Origin: Chiloscyllium plagiosum
Taxonomy: Eukaryota
Direction of reading: 5' to 3'
Length of the DNA stretch: 64,000 bases
NCBI RefSeq assembly: GCF_004010195.1
Contig: NC_057719.1
Span: 92,560,037-92,624,036, forward strand
Numbering within the stretch: position 1 is the stretch's first letter; each line of letters begins with the position of its first letter. Position numbers and translations under genes: made by a program. Below the pieces are notes generated by a model. It had not been told where the DNA came from, did no database searches, and saw only the letters and a program-made list of their open reading frames with translations. Positions 63,191 to 64,000 of this stretch are shown piece by piece.

Positions 63191-64000
63191 TATCACATCT
63201 TGGAGCATAATGTTCACCTGAGATATTTAGAAGTTTTTAGGTTGTCAGGAATCTGGAAAAAAGATGTTTTGCTGTGGTCTTTCTCATTGCCCTTTCATAT
63301 TGGCCTTTTAGGTTTTTGTGTCTGATGTTCGCATTATATTACTATTGTTTACTTTCAATAGAACTGAACTGAACTGAAGTGGAAATTTGCACACATGAAG
63401 TAAAATTACACGATGAAACCTGTAAACTTCAAATGAAAACACAGAGGAAGGAAACTCTTGATATTGGGGGGTTAGTGTACAGATCTGGACCGATCGTATG
63501 AAGTATCACTTAATTCACTGTACCTGTCTCAATATAATGTAACTAATCAAGAGTAAATCAAATCTTGATGAATTGTACTTCTCATCTCTGGTAGTTAGCA
63601 CTCAAGACCACTTACGTCCACAGCAAATTAATTACCAATATCCAGTTCAAATGTATGGAACTGGATCTGGATCCTCTGATAGTAATCATGCTGAGCTACA
63701 TGACACCATATTACACAGACAGTAACCATCTTGAATGATGACATCTTCACACACCACATCAACTTCGACATGTTCAACAATAAATGCAAATGTTCTTATC
63801 CAAATACATCTCTACAGAATGGAGCAACATGAACTTTAACAAGCTAAACTGAACGAAACATAATGAGCTGCAAAATTTACCAAAACAGATTTTTTTCAAG
63901 GCTGCTGTACTATATTAGAATGTTGTGCACATGGTCAGCTAGTTGGAGACTATTTCACACTTTCAAGGGGATGTGCATTTATGTGTAGGACGTCACATTG

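Overview
Repeat-rich vertebrate DNA, almost certainly from a shark, judged by HE1-type tRNA/V-SINEs, HER1/CR1 LINEs and elasmobranch-style Penelope repeats. The only intact host gene I can support is a two-exon GPR139/GPR142-like class A GPCR (exon 1 36069-36138, exon 2 38311-39242, 333 aa). A decayed paralog lies at about 12.5-13.9 kb. The rest is a nested mobile-element landscape: many CR1 copies, L2/Crack-like, Rex/Babar and L1-Tx1 LINEs, SINEs, a 9-bp-TSD MULE-like DNA element, a Gypsy integrase remnant, a decayed epsilon-like ERV with 2H-phosphodiesterase-like remnants between protease and RT, a second LTR element with a tRNA-His-like PBS, and two Penelope-like families whose terminal repeats carry minimal hammerhead ribozyme motifs. 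The most notable pattern is that short hammerhead-bearing Penelope ends repeatedly sit at the edge of copied or captured DNA. The best case is a 2.87-kb insertion (51166-54035) flanked by a perfect 14-bp direct repeat, in which two same-strand hammerheads bracket about 2.4 kb of host-like cargo, resembling a retrozyme. Repeat boundaries are approximate and family names come from motif recognition, not database searches.
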